Positions 13,470 to 26,501 of a stretch of 64,000 nt of DNA are shown in pieces (positions within the stretch are counted from its first letter, which is position 1; each line of letters starts with the position of its first letter). The notes under the pieces are model-generated. The model worked only from the letters and a program-made list of their open reading frames with translations, was not told the DNA's origin and did no database searches. The position numbers were made by a program, and so were the translations under genes. The stretch comes from Glaucostegus cemiculus (taxonomy: Eukaryota): positions 1,860,001 to 1,924,000 of the forward strand of contig CDPCPM010000141.1 in assembly GCA_976551045.1 (NCBI GenBank), given 5' to 3'.

Positions 13470-13752
13470 TAGATAAGATCTTTATTAGTCACATGTACAT
13501 GGAAATACACAGTGAAATGCATCTTTTGCATGGTGTTCTGGGGACAGCCTGCAAGTGTCACCATGCTTCCGGTGCCAACATAGCATGCCTACAACTTCCT
13601 AACCTGCACGTCTTTGGGAGGAAACTGGAGCACCCGGAGGAAACCCTCGCAGACATGGGGAGAACATACAAACTCCTTACAGGCAGCGGTGGGAATTGAA
13701 CCCGGGTCGCTGGTGCTCTAAAGCGTTACACTAACCACTACACTACCATGCC
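13470..13752 (-). mobile_element. V-domain SINE with Rex1-type tail
   Basis: Same tRNA head and V domain. Tail reads gatctttattagtcacatgtacat..aaatacacagtgaaatgcatc on the + strand. Confidence 0.85.
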
Positions 13753-16700
13753 TGAGTTGAGTAATTTTTGAGTTCCTGTAATTTGCCACTCTAGAGGGTT
13801 GTGGAGGCTAGATCATTGGAGGTATTTAAAGGGCAGGTAGATACCTTTCTGAAAGATTGGGAATTGAAGGCTATGGGAAACTGACATAGAAGAGGTGAGA
13901 CTTGGGACAGATTAGCCATGAGCATATTGAATAGCAGGGCAGGCTTGAGGGGTCAGGTGATTTGCCCCTCTTCCTATTTGTAATAAATCAAGTGATGGGT
14001 GACATTAGGTGATTTGGATTGATCGGGGATGGGAGTTGTAAGAACATGAGCGGCCATGACAATAGCTCTGTGTGTGTGTGTATATATATAAAAAAATTAT
14101 CTGAACCAGAAGTTAACTTCCTTCCTCAGAACTTAGAGTATACTTAGAAATATATCCAAAGTGTGTGCGTGTGATTAGACCACATGATAACTATTTCTGC
14201 TCCTTGAGCTCCCAGTGTACTCCTATAGTGGTACTTAGTAAAGGTACCACCAAAAAATGACACTTTGCTTTAAATCCTCAGCCTTAAAAAGATTTTTTTT
14301 TTGTCTATGACTTTTAAATGTTGTTATTGTACCCGCCTCAACCATTTCCTTTGGCACCTCATTCCATATACGCACCACCCTAATGGTAGAAATTATATCT
14401 AAAGAACTTGACAGGGGCCCATTGTCTTACCCAAGCTGGAATGGCCAAGGTCGTGTCTGTTCCATGGGTCACAAGTAATTCCTGTTCCTAAGCAGTAATT
14501 ATTTTAATACCCATTTTCGATTTAAGACTCCTGCCCTCTCTTTGTTGAATAAAACTTCTGTGAAAACAGCAATCCCTAAAAGTTAATTCCTTGGAGCTGT
14601 GTCACCCCTCTACTTCAACATTATTACTGCCATGACTAAAAGTGCTCACCGTGTTGATTAATGCAAATAGTTTAAAGTTGGCAAAAGAAAATATTTATTT
14701 AGGAAACTGCTGGAATTAAATGTGAGCCACCTTCAAAAGCCACTAAGCGACTCCACAGGAGTATGTGCACACTATTTTTCGTTACAAGTCTGGGCTGGAA
14801 AGATTGTTTTTAAAAATATGACCTTCAAAGATTTTGGTAAACTCAAGTACATGCAGACTTCTTTAATCAGCTTTATGTGACCTTTCATGTTTGCTGTGTG
14901 CACTCATGAGTGCTGTGGAATGTCCTTACCTCTGTGAACACATTTCTATTGTCAAATTAAGCAGTGCCATATGGCTAAGGACATTTGAAGAGGGTGATCT
15001 CTATCGAAGGAGAAGAGCATGTTGTCGAAATGATTTTGCATGCAATCTAAATCTTGTTGCTGGTGACGCATTTTAACATCCACCTGTTTAAAAAAAACCA
15101 TAGAATAAATTTGAATCAGATTTTTAGGACTGATAACCTTTGATAGATAGAAGCATGGATTAGTTTAATTAGGCATCATTAGCTTAATTAGTTGGGCCAA
15201 AAGCCCTGTGTCTATGCTGTTCCATCTTCTATTAAAGCAATTATAATGTAGGTTTTTACCTTTGTTTCTTGTTATTCTATATGTATGAACATCATCAAAA
15301 AAACTTTTTGCTTCTGTATTTCTGTTTTGGAAGCGTGGATGAACCATAATAAAGTCATTTTATCCTCTTAATTCAGAGATCTGTATTAACCTTGTATCCA
15401 TTTAAGGCCTATTATTGAGTTTTGACCATTCTGAACGTCAGAAGCGTTCAAGAACTTTCGCAATCAGTTAATATGAAGGCACTCTTGTGTATGCCTCTGG
15501 AAGGTTATGGGAAATCGAGTCAGGTGACTCAATCTATTTAACAGCAAAGTTTACTCAAGGCTGTGGGTGGGGGTTAGACAATTCAGTTCTTAGGAAGTGA
15601 GTTGACTGTGAAACAGAAATTTATAAAGAAAAACAGGGGGGATTAAAGCAAGAAGAATGTCTCAGAAGCATGTTACGGTACAGTTTTAATTTTCTTTTGC
15701 AATGTTTAACATTAAATTCTTTAAGGCTCACTACAGGTGATTTTGAGTGGAGGCTGTCACTTAATTTGCAAGGTGGCACGCTTTTCACTTGAAAGCCTGT
15801 TTGAAGGGTTTGCTTTCTATCTTTGTGCAGATATGTATAATCGTAGCTCCATTGGTTTTAAATGAGCAGGTTGTCATACATTTAGAAAAGGAGCAAATCT
15901 TATTGTAAGGTTTTGCTTTACTATATCCTCATTCGCAGCATAATTATGTTGAAAACGATTACTGAATTTTCACTGGCCAGATCTCTCAGGCAGTGAAGTC
16001 ACTCCCTCATGGAGCTGGACTCTATAGTTTGGTTCCCAGTCTTCTGTATTAGATTACAGGATGTTGCCCTTGCTGGCAAGGCCAGCATTATTGTCCATTC
16101 CATGTTCTGTGTGAAATATTGTGAAGCCATTCCAGAGGATAGCCTCAGTTCTGTGGGTTTCAGCTCACTCTGGGAAAGGAGAACAGGCAACCTTGCCTAA
16201 AGAACGTTGGTGCATCAGGTGAAATTCTCGTGGTTCCATGGGCACATTTTCTTTTATTCCAAATTAATTGAATAAATTCCTAGCATCCTAGCAGCTGTGG
16301 TTGGACATCAATCACACTTCCAGAAGATCAACTGAGGTTTCTGGATTGTTAGCCCTGTAACAAACCCACTGGTGCCTTAGCTTTGCTGGGTGACCTGCTT
16401 CTGGTTCACTGGCAATACGATGCCAAGCTTCCTCATCTGTCGTGGTTCTTGTTGAGAAGTGTGCGCACGCACAGAGTGAAATGAGAGGTTGAATTGAATG
16501 TGATTACCCCCAGGGATGAATAATGAGTATCCAGGGGAAATCTAATGCCCAGTGTGATGATTGGCTTTCAGAGGAAAGACAAATGACATTGTAGTTTCTT
16601 TTCTCTATATTTATTTCCTGATCAGCTGCTGGTGGATGACTCAAGTACTGTGCGTTAAATGGATAAATAGGTGATAGGTAACTGAGGAATGAGATGTTTG

Positions 16701-17489
16701 AAAATAGTGTTGAGAATTGTGTATGAAATTGAAAAAGACCCCAGCTTGTTATTGACAATTTTAGGAAAACCAAAAATCAGTCGTGATTAGAGGACCCTTT
16801 TGTGATGTGATTGAACGGATCTTAAAATAGTTAAGGTACTGAATAGTATTTTTAAAAACAAGTTGGGCTCATTGAGTCATAAAACTGGTTAACACATGGG
16901 AAGGTCTACAGGTTACAACATGAAGGGCCAGATCAAGATCTTTGTCAAGAAATGCTTTTTTGTGGAAAGGAGTTATCCAGTTAAGTCGTGACATGATAGA
17001 TCCATCAGCTTCGATAGATGTTCCTTTCTGGTATTTATTTTGTAATCATGGTCTGTCTCTGCAAGTGAATTGAACATGGGTGTAGTTGTAACAGTTTTGT
17101 CTACGGTCAGGGAGCTGTTAGACGAGAGTGGATGGTGATGGGTACAGGGTTGTGTGTGTGAATGTGGGAGTGCGCACAGCCAATTGTTCAATAGCGAAGG
17201 TAATGACTGATTTAAAAACAAAATATGGTGCAATTTCTCTCTCCAGCATTCCTTACCTATGAGGAAAGATTGAACTGTGAGTGGGTGGGACACAGCTCCA
17301 CCAAAACAGAAGGCATTGTTTGTGAAGGAAGAGCAAAAGAATATTCTGTTGGGGGGAAAAATGTACAATCTTTGTAGATTTGATGTAATGCACCTTTTTA
17401 AATGGTTGTTAAAAAAATGAGTATTTGGATGGTTGGAGACGTGAAACTTTAATCAGGGAGGAATTAGCAGCATCAGTATCTTGCACGTT

Positions 17490-18170
17490 AACATAGTAAA
17501 ACCTCTCGACACCACACAGGTGAATCTGAGCAAAATTTAGCACTGAGACATGGAAGGAAATACTTGCACATTAATGCAAAACTATGGTCGTTGAGGGAAG
17601 ATTTAAGGACCATTTTGCTTCCTTTAACAGTTTGAGGGAATTCTAGAGCTTGAGGCTTAGACAAATAAAGAAACTGTTTTCCCTAGAGAGCAGGGAAAGT
17701 AGAGAATGTTATAAGGTGGCAGAATTGGAGCAACTTTGAGTGGTGTATGGATCGAGGAATCCATCCATATAGCTAGAGGCAAGATCAGCCTAGAAGGAAT
17801 TTGAAGAAGACGATGAGATTTTGAAAGTCTTGTTGCTGCATCAAAAATAGACCAGCAAGCAATTAGGGTCATGGGTGAAGGGGGCTTGGTACAAATTGGG
17901 GCACCATCAGCAGGGTTTTGGATGAGGTCAAGTGTACATAAGGCAAAAAGTGGGATGCTGACCAGGAGTGACTTGGAATAGTCTACAGGTAACTTGGGTG
18001 TGGATGGAGTTTCAACAGCAGACGAGCTGAGACAGGGTTGTAGCTCTGAAGGTGAAGGCTTGGTGAAGGAACAAATAAGTGGTTAAGAGCTCATCTTGGG
18101 TCAATGTGACGAGTCAAGGTTCAGGGTATCAGTTTTGGACTGTAGATATTGGCTGTGAGCAAGAAGTGTG
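17490..18170 (-). mobile_element. Old L2-like LINE fragment
   Basis: Purine-rich gagggaattctagagcttgagg / ttggatgaggtcaagt / ggaatagtc..aggtaac..tggatggagtttcaacagcag pattern typical of antisense L2 RT remnants. Confidence 0.55.
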
Positions 18171-21104
18171 TACCAGATTAAAATCAAACAAATTCAATTG
18201 ACCTGAGCTCTTTTTACTTTTTAATGTTTTTTACAGTCAGAAAGAAATAGTAGCTTTCTTCCTTTTCCATTGACATTTATTGTGGGTAGATAGGCTGCTC
18301 CAATACAGAATGATTGTAAGAAAAATCTTGAGGAGGAGAGATGTTCAGTAAGACTTTAGAACTGCTGTTTTGTTAATAGTGTAAATTACTAATTAGCAAA
18401 GAAATATTACATGTCTACTCCTTGCCACCACACACTAAGTCTGATTTGTGTATCAGGTTTCCTGCACAAGAACACAGGATGGGTGGGCATTGAATAGCCA
18501 TGAGCTCATAGTTCAGGGACTATAATAGTTTTCATGCACATAAAAATTATTTTGTGAGGAAAAGTATCCAGAAGAGTTTGTGTCCTTTTCTGGAAAAGGA
18601 AATACAAAACTATGGTGTGGTGTTTGGCTTGGGCCTTAGTTTGAATAACAAAATCCATCAACAAAGATGTACAGACATTTTTCTTTAATTGGAATTTAGG
18701 CTTTGGACTCTACCTTAGATTTGGTAGACGATTGCTAACATCCTGCAGGTAGAGGATTAAGTCGGTAACTATTGCATTTGCCCACCCAGACATGTTGCAT
18801 TTATATAGCTTTACTGACCAGTTCTGTGGTTAACAGTGTCGGCAGGGATACAATGGGAATTCTTATTGCCTAGATCAGAGACTTAGTTTTGAAAATACTT
18901 GGTTTTAATTTGCATATCTAGGACATTTGGTGAGCTGTGGCAACAGTGTTTGGAGCTTGCCCAGGCAGGATATAAGCAAACTAAATCTTGTAATGGATTT
19001 CAGTTTGGGAATGCAAAGTCATCTTATTTGGCTAAGTTTCAAATTGATGTCTGCAGACACACTATATTTAAAATAACCACTTCAATTATCTTTTTTTATT
19101 GAGCTGTAAACACGAGTTCAAACGTCACCATGACAGTGGGAAATTTGAACTCCCTTGACTAATTTGGAATGAAAAAACACTTCTCAGTAATGGTGAATGT
19201 GTAGCTACCAGGTTGTTATATAAATCTATCTGGTTCATTTGTATCCTTCAGTGAAGGAAGGAAGCTGTCCATAGCTCATGAGGCCTATATGTTACCCCAG
19301 ATCCACTTTCCGAGTGTATGTAAATCCTGCCCCTTCGAATTTTCTCCAATTTCCCTACCACTGATGCGAGGCCCACTCGCCTGTAGTTCCTTGGTTTATC
19401 CCTGTTGCCCTTTTTAAATAAAGGAACAGCATTAGGTTTCCTCCAGTCTTCTGGTACCTCATCTGCGTCTAATTCTAATGAAGATGCAAATATCTGTCAG
19501 GAGCCCCCGCAATCTCCTGCCATGTTTCCCCAGCATTCTGATGTAAAGCATTTTGATTCAGTGCTTTGGTATATCGGGTGGTTTCTATTGCATTAGTTTC
19601 ACCGAGTCCAGTACTGAAGAGTATTTTTTATTAGCAGAACTTCAATATTATCTCCAGCATTGCACAAAAAAATAAAGTAAACCCAGGGGTTTGTAGGAAT
19701 TACATTCTTGATCAGAATTTCTTTGCCCGAGGACGCAGTTCTATCCTCTAGGGAACTGATTTAGAGGATAGATTTGTCTTTTATCCTTTCCAAAATCTTG
19801 CTCATTTAAGAGAGAATCCTATGGGAAAATTTCTTTCTCAGCTGCCGATCCCCAGCTCATTTGATTCATGGTAAGGTGACATAATTGTTTATATTTTGAC
19901 ACTTAAAAGCTTTGACCTGCTAGACTGCTTGAAATTTAAAAAAGAGCTGATTATCCTTCAGCTACTTTTTCTTGCAATGATCTTGGGCAATGGTGAGCAA
20001 GAGTGTACGAGCAGGGGTAGGGCACTTTGTCCCTTGCGTTTTTTCTGTCACTAATCTATGACCTACTCTATTTATCTCCTTTAGCCCCATATCCCTTAAT
20101 GTTTTTATATCCAAACTGCTCTGTCTGAGTGGTTTGAAAGAGGAATTATAACGCAATGTGACAGTACGCTTGTCATAAAGCTGCACTTTTTATTGCTGCA
20201 GTCTTCCTAACTAATCTGTGTTTGCTGGTAACATTAATAACACCTGAGCAATTTTTGACTAGTCTTTGAATCTGCACATATGATATTCTGTAAATTAAAC
20301 GCTTCAGTAGAAAGCTGGCCCTTAAACATAAGTGTATAATTAGAACTGTTCACCCATTCTCTCCCAGGCTGACAGAATAACTAGTGATGTGGAGATCAAT
20401 CTATAAATCGCTATAATCTAGTCTGTCTGCCCTTGCCTCTTGTGTTTTCCTATGTTTGCATATGTTGTTTTGAAAGTCATCTAAGCTAGTTGTGATTGGC
20501 TGAATGCTTCATAAAGCTTTTGGGAACCAGTTGTCTGATGGAGGTAAATCAGAGGTATGTCAAGTATATCCCTCTTGTATATCAGAGGTATAGCCCTCTT
20601 GTTCCTTGGAAGCATTTTGTAGCAATGGAAAGCCATGTCCAACATTAGCAAAAAGATGGACTTTTTATTCTCAAATACTCAAAAGATGAGAAAAATACTA
20701 TTAAAGCTTTGTGATTAAGGTCAGTTTGAGTACTGTAGTTCTGTTGCTGACTGCACACACAAACTCTGCATATGCCAAATCTATTCTGATGTCAAGTGTT
20801 GTATTGGCTTTTGCAGGCAAATGTAACTGCTGTGAAGGTTTATTGCTGGTCGTGGTTTGAGGCATAATGCAAGAGATGTACACAGCATTTAAGATATTAA
20901 TCTAGGAGGCCCAAACTCAATTAAAAGCCAGCAGTACAATATAGATGTCAAAGTACTATACAGATAGATGTTATCAAAATATGAAAGCTCAGTTCAGTGT
21001 GTAATAGGTGCTAGCAGTGGGCTCTGAGTGAGGACCTTGCACTGAGCTTGTGTATTACCAGTTAGCAGGGCTCTGTGTCAATGAGCCCTCATCAGTTTCT
21101 GAGC

Positions 21105-21474
21105 ATTTATTAGTCAAGGAATTGAGTTGAAGGGTCAGCTTTATAAAACTCTGGTTAGGCTACGTCTGGAGTATTGCATTGAGTTCTGGATGCCCTATTA
21201 TAGGAAGAATGTGGTGGCTACGGAGATGGTTCAGAAGAGGTTTACCAGGATGTTGCTTGGATTAGAGGGCACGTGCTGGAAGGAGAGGTTGGACCCACTA
21301 GGGTTGTTTTCTCTGGAGCAGCAGAGGCTGAGAGACCTGCTAGAAGTTTATAAAATTCTGAGAGGCATAGTAAACAGCCAGTATCTCTTTCCCAGGTTTG
21401 AAATGTCTAAATTTTGAGGGGGGCGGGGGAGAGGAGTTCAAAGGAGATGGGCGGGGTGAGTTTTTTTTAACATA
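21105..21474 (+). mobile_element. CR1 RT C-terminal fragment
   Basis: ORF 21127..21417: LYKTLVRLRLEYCIEFW...QKRFTRML. Confidence 0.85.
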
Positions 21475-21763
21475 GATTAAGATATCTTTATTAGTCACAT
21501 GTACATTGAAACACAGTGAAATGCATCCTTTTACGTAGAGTGTTCTGGGGGCAGCCTGCAAGTGTTGCCACGCTTCCGGCCCCAACATAACATGCCCACA
21601 GCTTCCTAACCTGCACGTCTTTGGAATGTGGGAGGAAACCGGAGCACCCAGAGGAAACCCATGCAGACACAGGGGGAATGTACAAACTCCTTATAGACAG
21701 CAGCAGGAATTGAACCCGGGTTGCTGGCGCTGTAATAGTGTTATGCTAACCGCTACGCTGTGC
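21475..21763 (-). mobile_element. V-domain SINE with Rex1-type tail, abutting a CR1 fragment
   Basis: Near-identical to the copies at 13470, 22744 and 57168. Confidence 0.87.
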
Positions 21764-22743
21764 GTGCAATCTCTCAATTGACACAAAGACTAAATGTGTT
21801 TCCATTACAGAAAGCTGGATTTAACACTAAATACTGGATACTTGCAGATATCGGTACTCTAGAATACAGATTAAAATGTTGCCGCTGCATAAGCTTATTG
21901 CAGTTTTCAATAACACAAGTCCAGTGGAGTCTCTGTTACCTGGGAAACGCAAGAGGCATACATCCTGTACTTGGGTGATTATAGAATTGTTACAGTGCAG
22001 GCCATTTGGCCCATTGGACTTGTACTTAATATAAGAACAAACTAGGTATTGGTTTATTATTGTCACTTGTACCGAGGTACAGTGGAAAAACTTGTCTTGC
22101 ATACTGTTCGTACAGATCAATTCATTACACAGTGCATTGAGGTAGTATAGGGTAAAAACAATAACAGAATACAGAGTAAAGTGTAGTCAAATTTCTCTGC
22201 TTGCTTATTGTATCCTTGCAAGTATTTGTCTAATTCCATTTTGAAAGTCACAATTGAAACTGCTTGCCCTAACTCTGTATTCCACATCACAGTGCAGATC
22301 ACAGTATTCCACTTGTCCTGTAGTAACAACTGATTTTTCATTACCCTTGACATTTTTCCTAATCACCTTAAACTTGCTTCCTTGTTTTCGAACCTTCTGC
22401 TGGATAGGCTTGGAGTTGCTTGGCTTACCCTTGATTATTTTGTGTTTAAAGAGTGGTCTGGCACGTGCTAGTTTCGTGCTCTGACGACCCAAATCTTACA
22501 GCCCCCCTCAACCACCACCTCCCAATGTGTAAGGCAGATTGTGGTGGCCGTAATTTTCTGGATTTTCTATTGCTGATTCTGGATTATGTACAACTGTCTG
22601 CAGAGTGTGTCTGGTGGAGAGCTAAGGATTTCAGAGCTGATGCATTTCTACATTGTAAGCTGACTCTTTGGTACGTATAGTTGTTCTTTGTTGTTACTGT
22701 GGAGAGTAGTAATCTGACATTAATCACTCCATGCAGACTTGCT

Positions 22744-23043
22744 AAGATTACAAGATATTTATTTATTAGTCACATGTACATCGAAACACAGTGAAATGAA
22801 TCTTTTTGTGTTACTGAGAATGTGCTGGGGGCAGCCCGCAAGTGTCGCCACTCTTCCGGTGACAACATAGCATGCCCTCAATTCCTAACCTGTGTGTCTT
22901 TGGAATGTGGGAGGAAAGCAGAGCACCCGGAGGAAACCCACTCAGACACAGGGAGAACGTACAAACTCCTTGCAGACAGCGGCGGGAATCGAACCCAGCT
23001 CGCTGGCGCTGTAATAGCATCACGTTAACTGCTACACTACTGT
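22744..23043 (-). mobile_element. V-domain SINE with Rex1-type tail, about 135 nt upstream of the first visible exon
   Basis: Same family; B-box seen as gggaatcgaaccc on the + strand. Confidence 0.87.
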
Positions 23044-23177
23044 GATGAGGAAGATTGGGTAAATTGTCTCCCCTATCCCTATGTACTTCTGCTCTGACCT
23101 ACATCTGTTGATATATCTACTGCCATAGCTGTTGTGCTAATTTTGCCTCTTATTTACATGAATGCTTTTTTTTGTAG

Positions 23178-23372
<195 letters not shown>

Positions 23373-23413
23373 TAGTTTACCAACAGATATGGTGCTCTGA
23401 AATAGTTCAAATG

Positions 23414-23791
23414 CAGTAAAACTCCAATAATCTGGCATCCAATTGTTTGGAATTCCTGATAATCCAACATCCAACTAACTCATTAATCTGGAATGTGAGC
23501 TGGGTGTCCAGAGTGCATGCAAGATATGTAGCCAGGAGTCTGGAGTATGTCTGAGACCAGGGCCAGAACTGTTGGTCAGTTGTGTGGAGTTGGGGTCCAG
23601 AGTACTTGTATGTTCCCACTCCATTTAATCTCTCAAAGTTCACTGGAAAATTTATTATGCTGCTATGTAACATGTAAAAAAAAATGAAAGTGCTTTTGGG
23701 TATTAATAAGAGTAGAATCCAGTAGTATAGAAAATCTGCTCATCTGGCACTACCAAAGTTCCTAGGGTACTAGATTATCAGAGTTTTACTG
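23414..23791. mobile_element. Tc1/mariner (pogo/Tigger-like) MITE
   Basis: TIRs cagtaaaactccaataatctgg ... ctagattatcagagttttactg, with TA on the right and TG (likely mutated TA) on the left. Confidence 0.8.
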
Positions 23792-24059
23792 TACAAGTTA
23801 AAATATATAGGTAAAGGTAGGCTTGTGAAGTCTGGGGTATTTAGACATGTTTGCATTCCATGATGTGCTCAATCTTTACTAGAGTTAAAAACCTAGTTAG
23901 TGTCAGGGCATTTTTTTTTTTGAAAACTGTGGTTTGAATGCGTAGTTCTGAAATGACAATGTATCTTGGCATTTAAAAGAATGGTGGGGGGGGGGAGGAG
24001 TTTAATTTCTGTTTGCTGCCATTCGATTATTATTCTGGGATAAATTGAGAGATTAGACA

Positions 24060-24512
24060 GTCCATAGAACCATAGAACAATACAGCACAATATAGGCCCC
24101 TGGGCCCACTATGTTGTGCCGACCTTTAAACCTCGCCTAATACTATCTAACCCCTTCCTCCCACATATCCCCCCATTTTAAATTCCTCCATATGCTTATC
24201 TAACAATCTCTTGAACTTGACCAATGTATCTGCCTCCACCACTACCCCAGTGCATTCCCTGCACCAACCACTCTCTGGGTGAAAAACCTCCCTCCCTTGA
24301 TCACTTCCCACCCATTACTTTAAGACCATGCCCTCTTGTATTGAGCATTGGTGCCCTGGGAAAGAGGCGCTGGCTGTCTTACTCTATCTATTCCTCTTAA
24401 TATTTTGTATACCTCTATCAAGTCTCCCTTCATATTCCTCCTCTCCAAAGAGTAAAGCCCTAGCACCCTTTATCTCTCCTCATAATCCATACTCTCCAAT
24501 CCAGGCGGCATC
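24060..24512 (-). mobile_element. CR1 3' fragment (same subfamily as 6508-6826 and 11610-11818)
   Basis: Shared catagaacaatacagcacaat..ggcccaccatgttgtgccgacc tail and GHxxK / FFTQRVV remnants. Confidence 0.8.
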
Positions 24513-25688
24513 CGAAGGCAATAGAATAGCTTGACGTCATTTGGTGTATTGGTTGAATTCCTTCCTTAACTGTGGAAGCATTTTCTTAACATTTTCATTT
24601 ACCCAATGAAATAATATAAAAATTACTACTTTATATAAACTAGCTCATGAAATATGATCATTTAAGTATGAAACAGCTTGTTTAAATGTATATTACTGAC
24701 ATATCCTATCCCATGGATATTAGTCAATACAGGCACAGAGTTTTGTTTCCCCCTCCTTCCCCATTTCCCCTCACCCCAACTCCAGAAAAAAAGTTTCAAA
24801 GAAAATAGTTGGATCCATTTTTCTACATTTTTTCTCTTTCCATCTATCTTTTCTCTATCTATTGGAACTCCTTAATGCAATTTTACACAAATTTTAAGTT
24901 TGAACATGATGTTATTGTGATAAATATTGCATATGTTCTGTGTCTGCCAATGCTTTAGGCATTTTGTTTTTCCATTTTAAGCAATATTCTAACATAAACC
25001 AAGTTTCCATCTCTTTGTTGTGTAATATTCTATCCAGATTCTTTCTGGCCTCCACATATATTAAACTGACCAGCCATGAATTCCACCCCCCCACCCCCCA
25101 CCACTACCCCACAACTCCACTTTTCCACGTTCCAGTTGAGAATGTTGGGAAATATTAAGTTTTTACTTTCCTGCTGTTGTTCAGTTTAATCTAATTATGG
25201 AGTGAGTTACTTGCCAGCAGGAATATCTTTTCAAGTGATTTGTTCAATGGGAAATGTGTGAAGTCTGTATCAAAGCACGTTTTAATTTAATAGCTTCCCA
25301 CCCCTTCCTCCTGCTAACTCCTTAAGTTCCTGCTTGGAACAGGGAGAATGTTTGGGGTAGATTACATACATCAATACCATAGTATTTTGTGATTCAATGC
25401 AGTGGTTTGTTTTGTGAGGTGTGTCTGAATCTCCCTTTTCCTGTCCCCAGAAAAGATAGCATGGGTTTAACCCAATATAATTCTTCCTGGAGCTTGAACA
25501 ATTAAGAATGTCAGTAAAGGCTTTACTTTGAGTGCAGTTCCCCCTCCATTGGGGGTATCTTTCTTGATATTCAAATAAGACTGTGAATGCTTCATTTCAG
25601 AATTAAGGAATGCAAACAACAGCCATATTTTGTAACCTCATTTTGTGTATTTACAAGCCTACGAGGCACTGAAGATGTCATTTTTTAA

Positions 25689-25895
<207 letters not shown>

Positions 25896-26501
25896 TAAAA
25901 CATCTTATCTGACAATGTAAAAAGTATAAAACCATGATGTTAGGGGTTGCCTAAAGTCCTTTAGAGATATTTGGACTGGTTTCACTATAGGTATTATACA
26001 GGATAAGATGTGTGTTGACTTCTTGCTCTTTCATTCCCTTCTCCTTCACCTTTAGGGTAAAGCAGAAGGCAGGTGCTATTAAAAATAATAATTGATGGGC
26101 TCAACTAAGTTGGTAATTAAGTCTTGAACTTTTTCTAATGTCTTCTACCATAATCAAGATATCAAGATTCCATAGTTTCTGCCAACATACTGATTCACTT
26201 GCATTTGAATGGGATTGCTCAAGGGTTTAAATGGTTTGGAAAGCTTTTTTATTTGAGTGAGGTGCTGACTGTCCAATTCCCTTTGTGTCCATTTGTCTAA
26301 ATAGAGCATTTTTAATTGGCTTCATTGAAGCCAATTGGCCTTGCCCATAATGGTAAACTGTTGTTGCGAAGCTTCTGGTATCTCGGCCATTGCATTAGTT
26401 CTGAGGTCAGGTGGGAAGACACAATATAAAACAAAGAAATTGAGTTGCAATGATTCTATTGAGAATTTGTATGCCAGAAGTTCATAAATTTTTTTACATG
26501 T

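Noticed and set aside
19821-19876. Mini exon ending ATG|GTAAGG
   Set aside because: The longer ATG frame (19821) meets the donor in phase 2, which is incompatible with the 23178 exon; only a Met-only option remains, with no other support.
1-23177. Canonical first coding exon (MSMPDAMP...APKK type or the long Ala/Pro-rich AHCYL2 type) and CpG-island promoter
   Set aside because: Not seen and no CpG-rich island here, so it probably lies upstream of the window.
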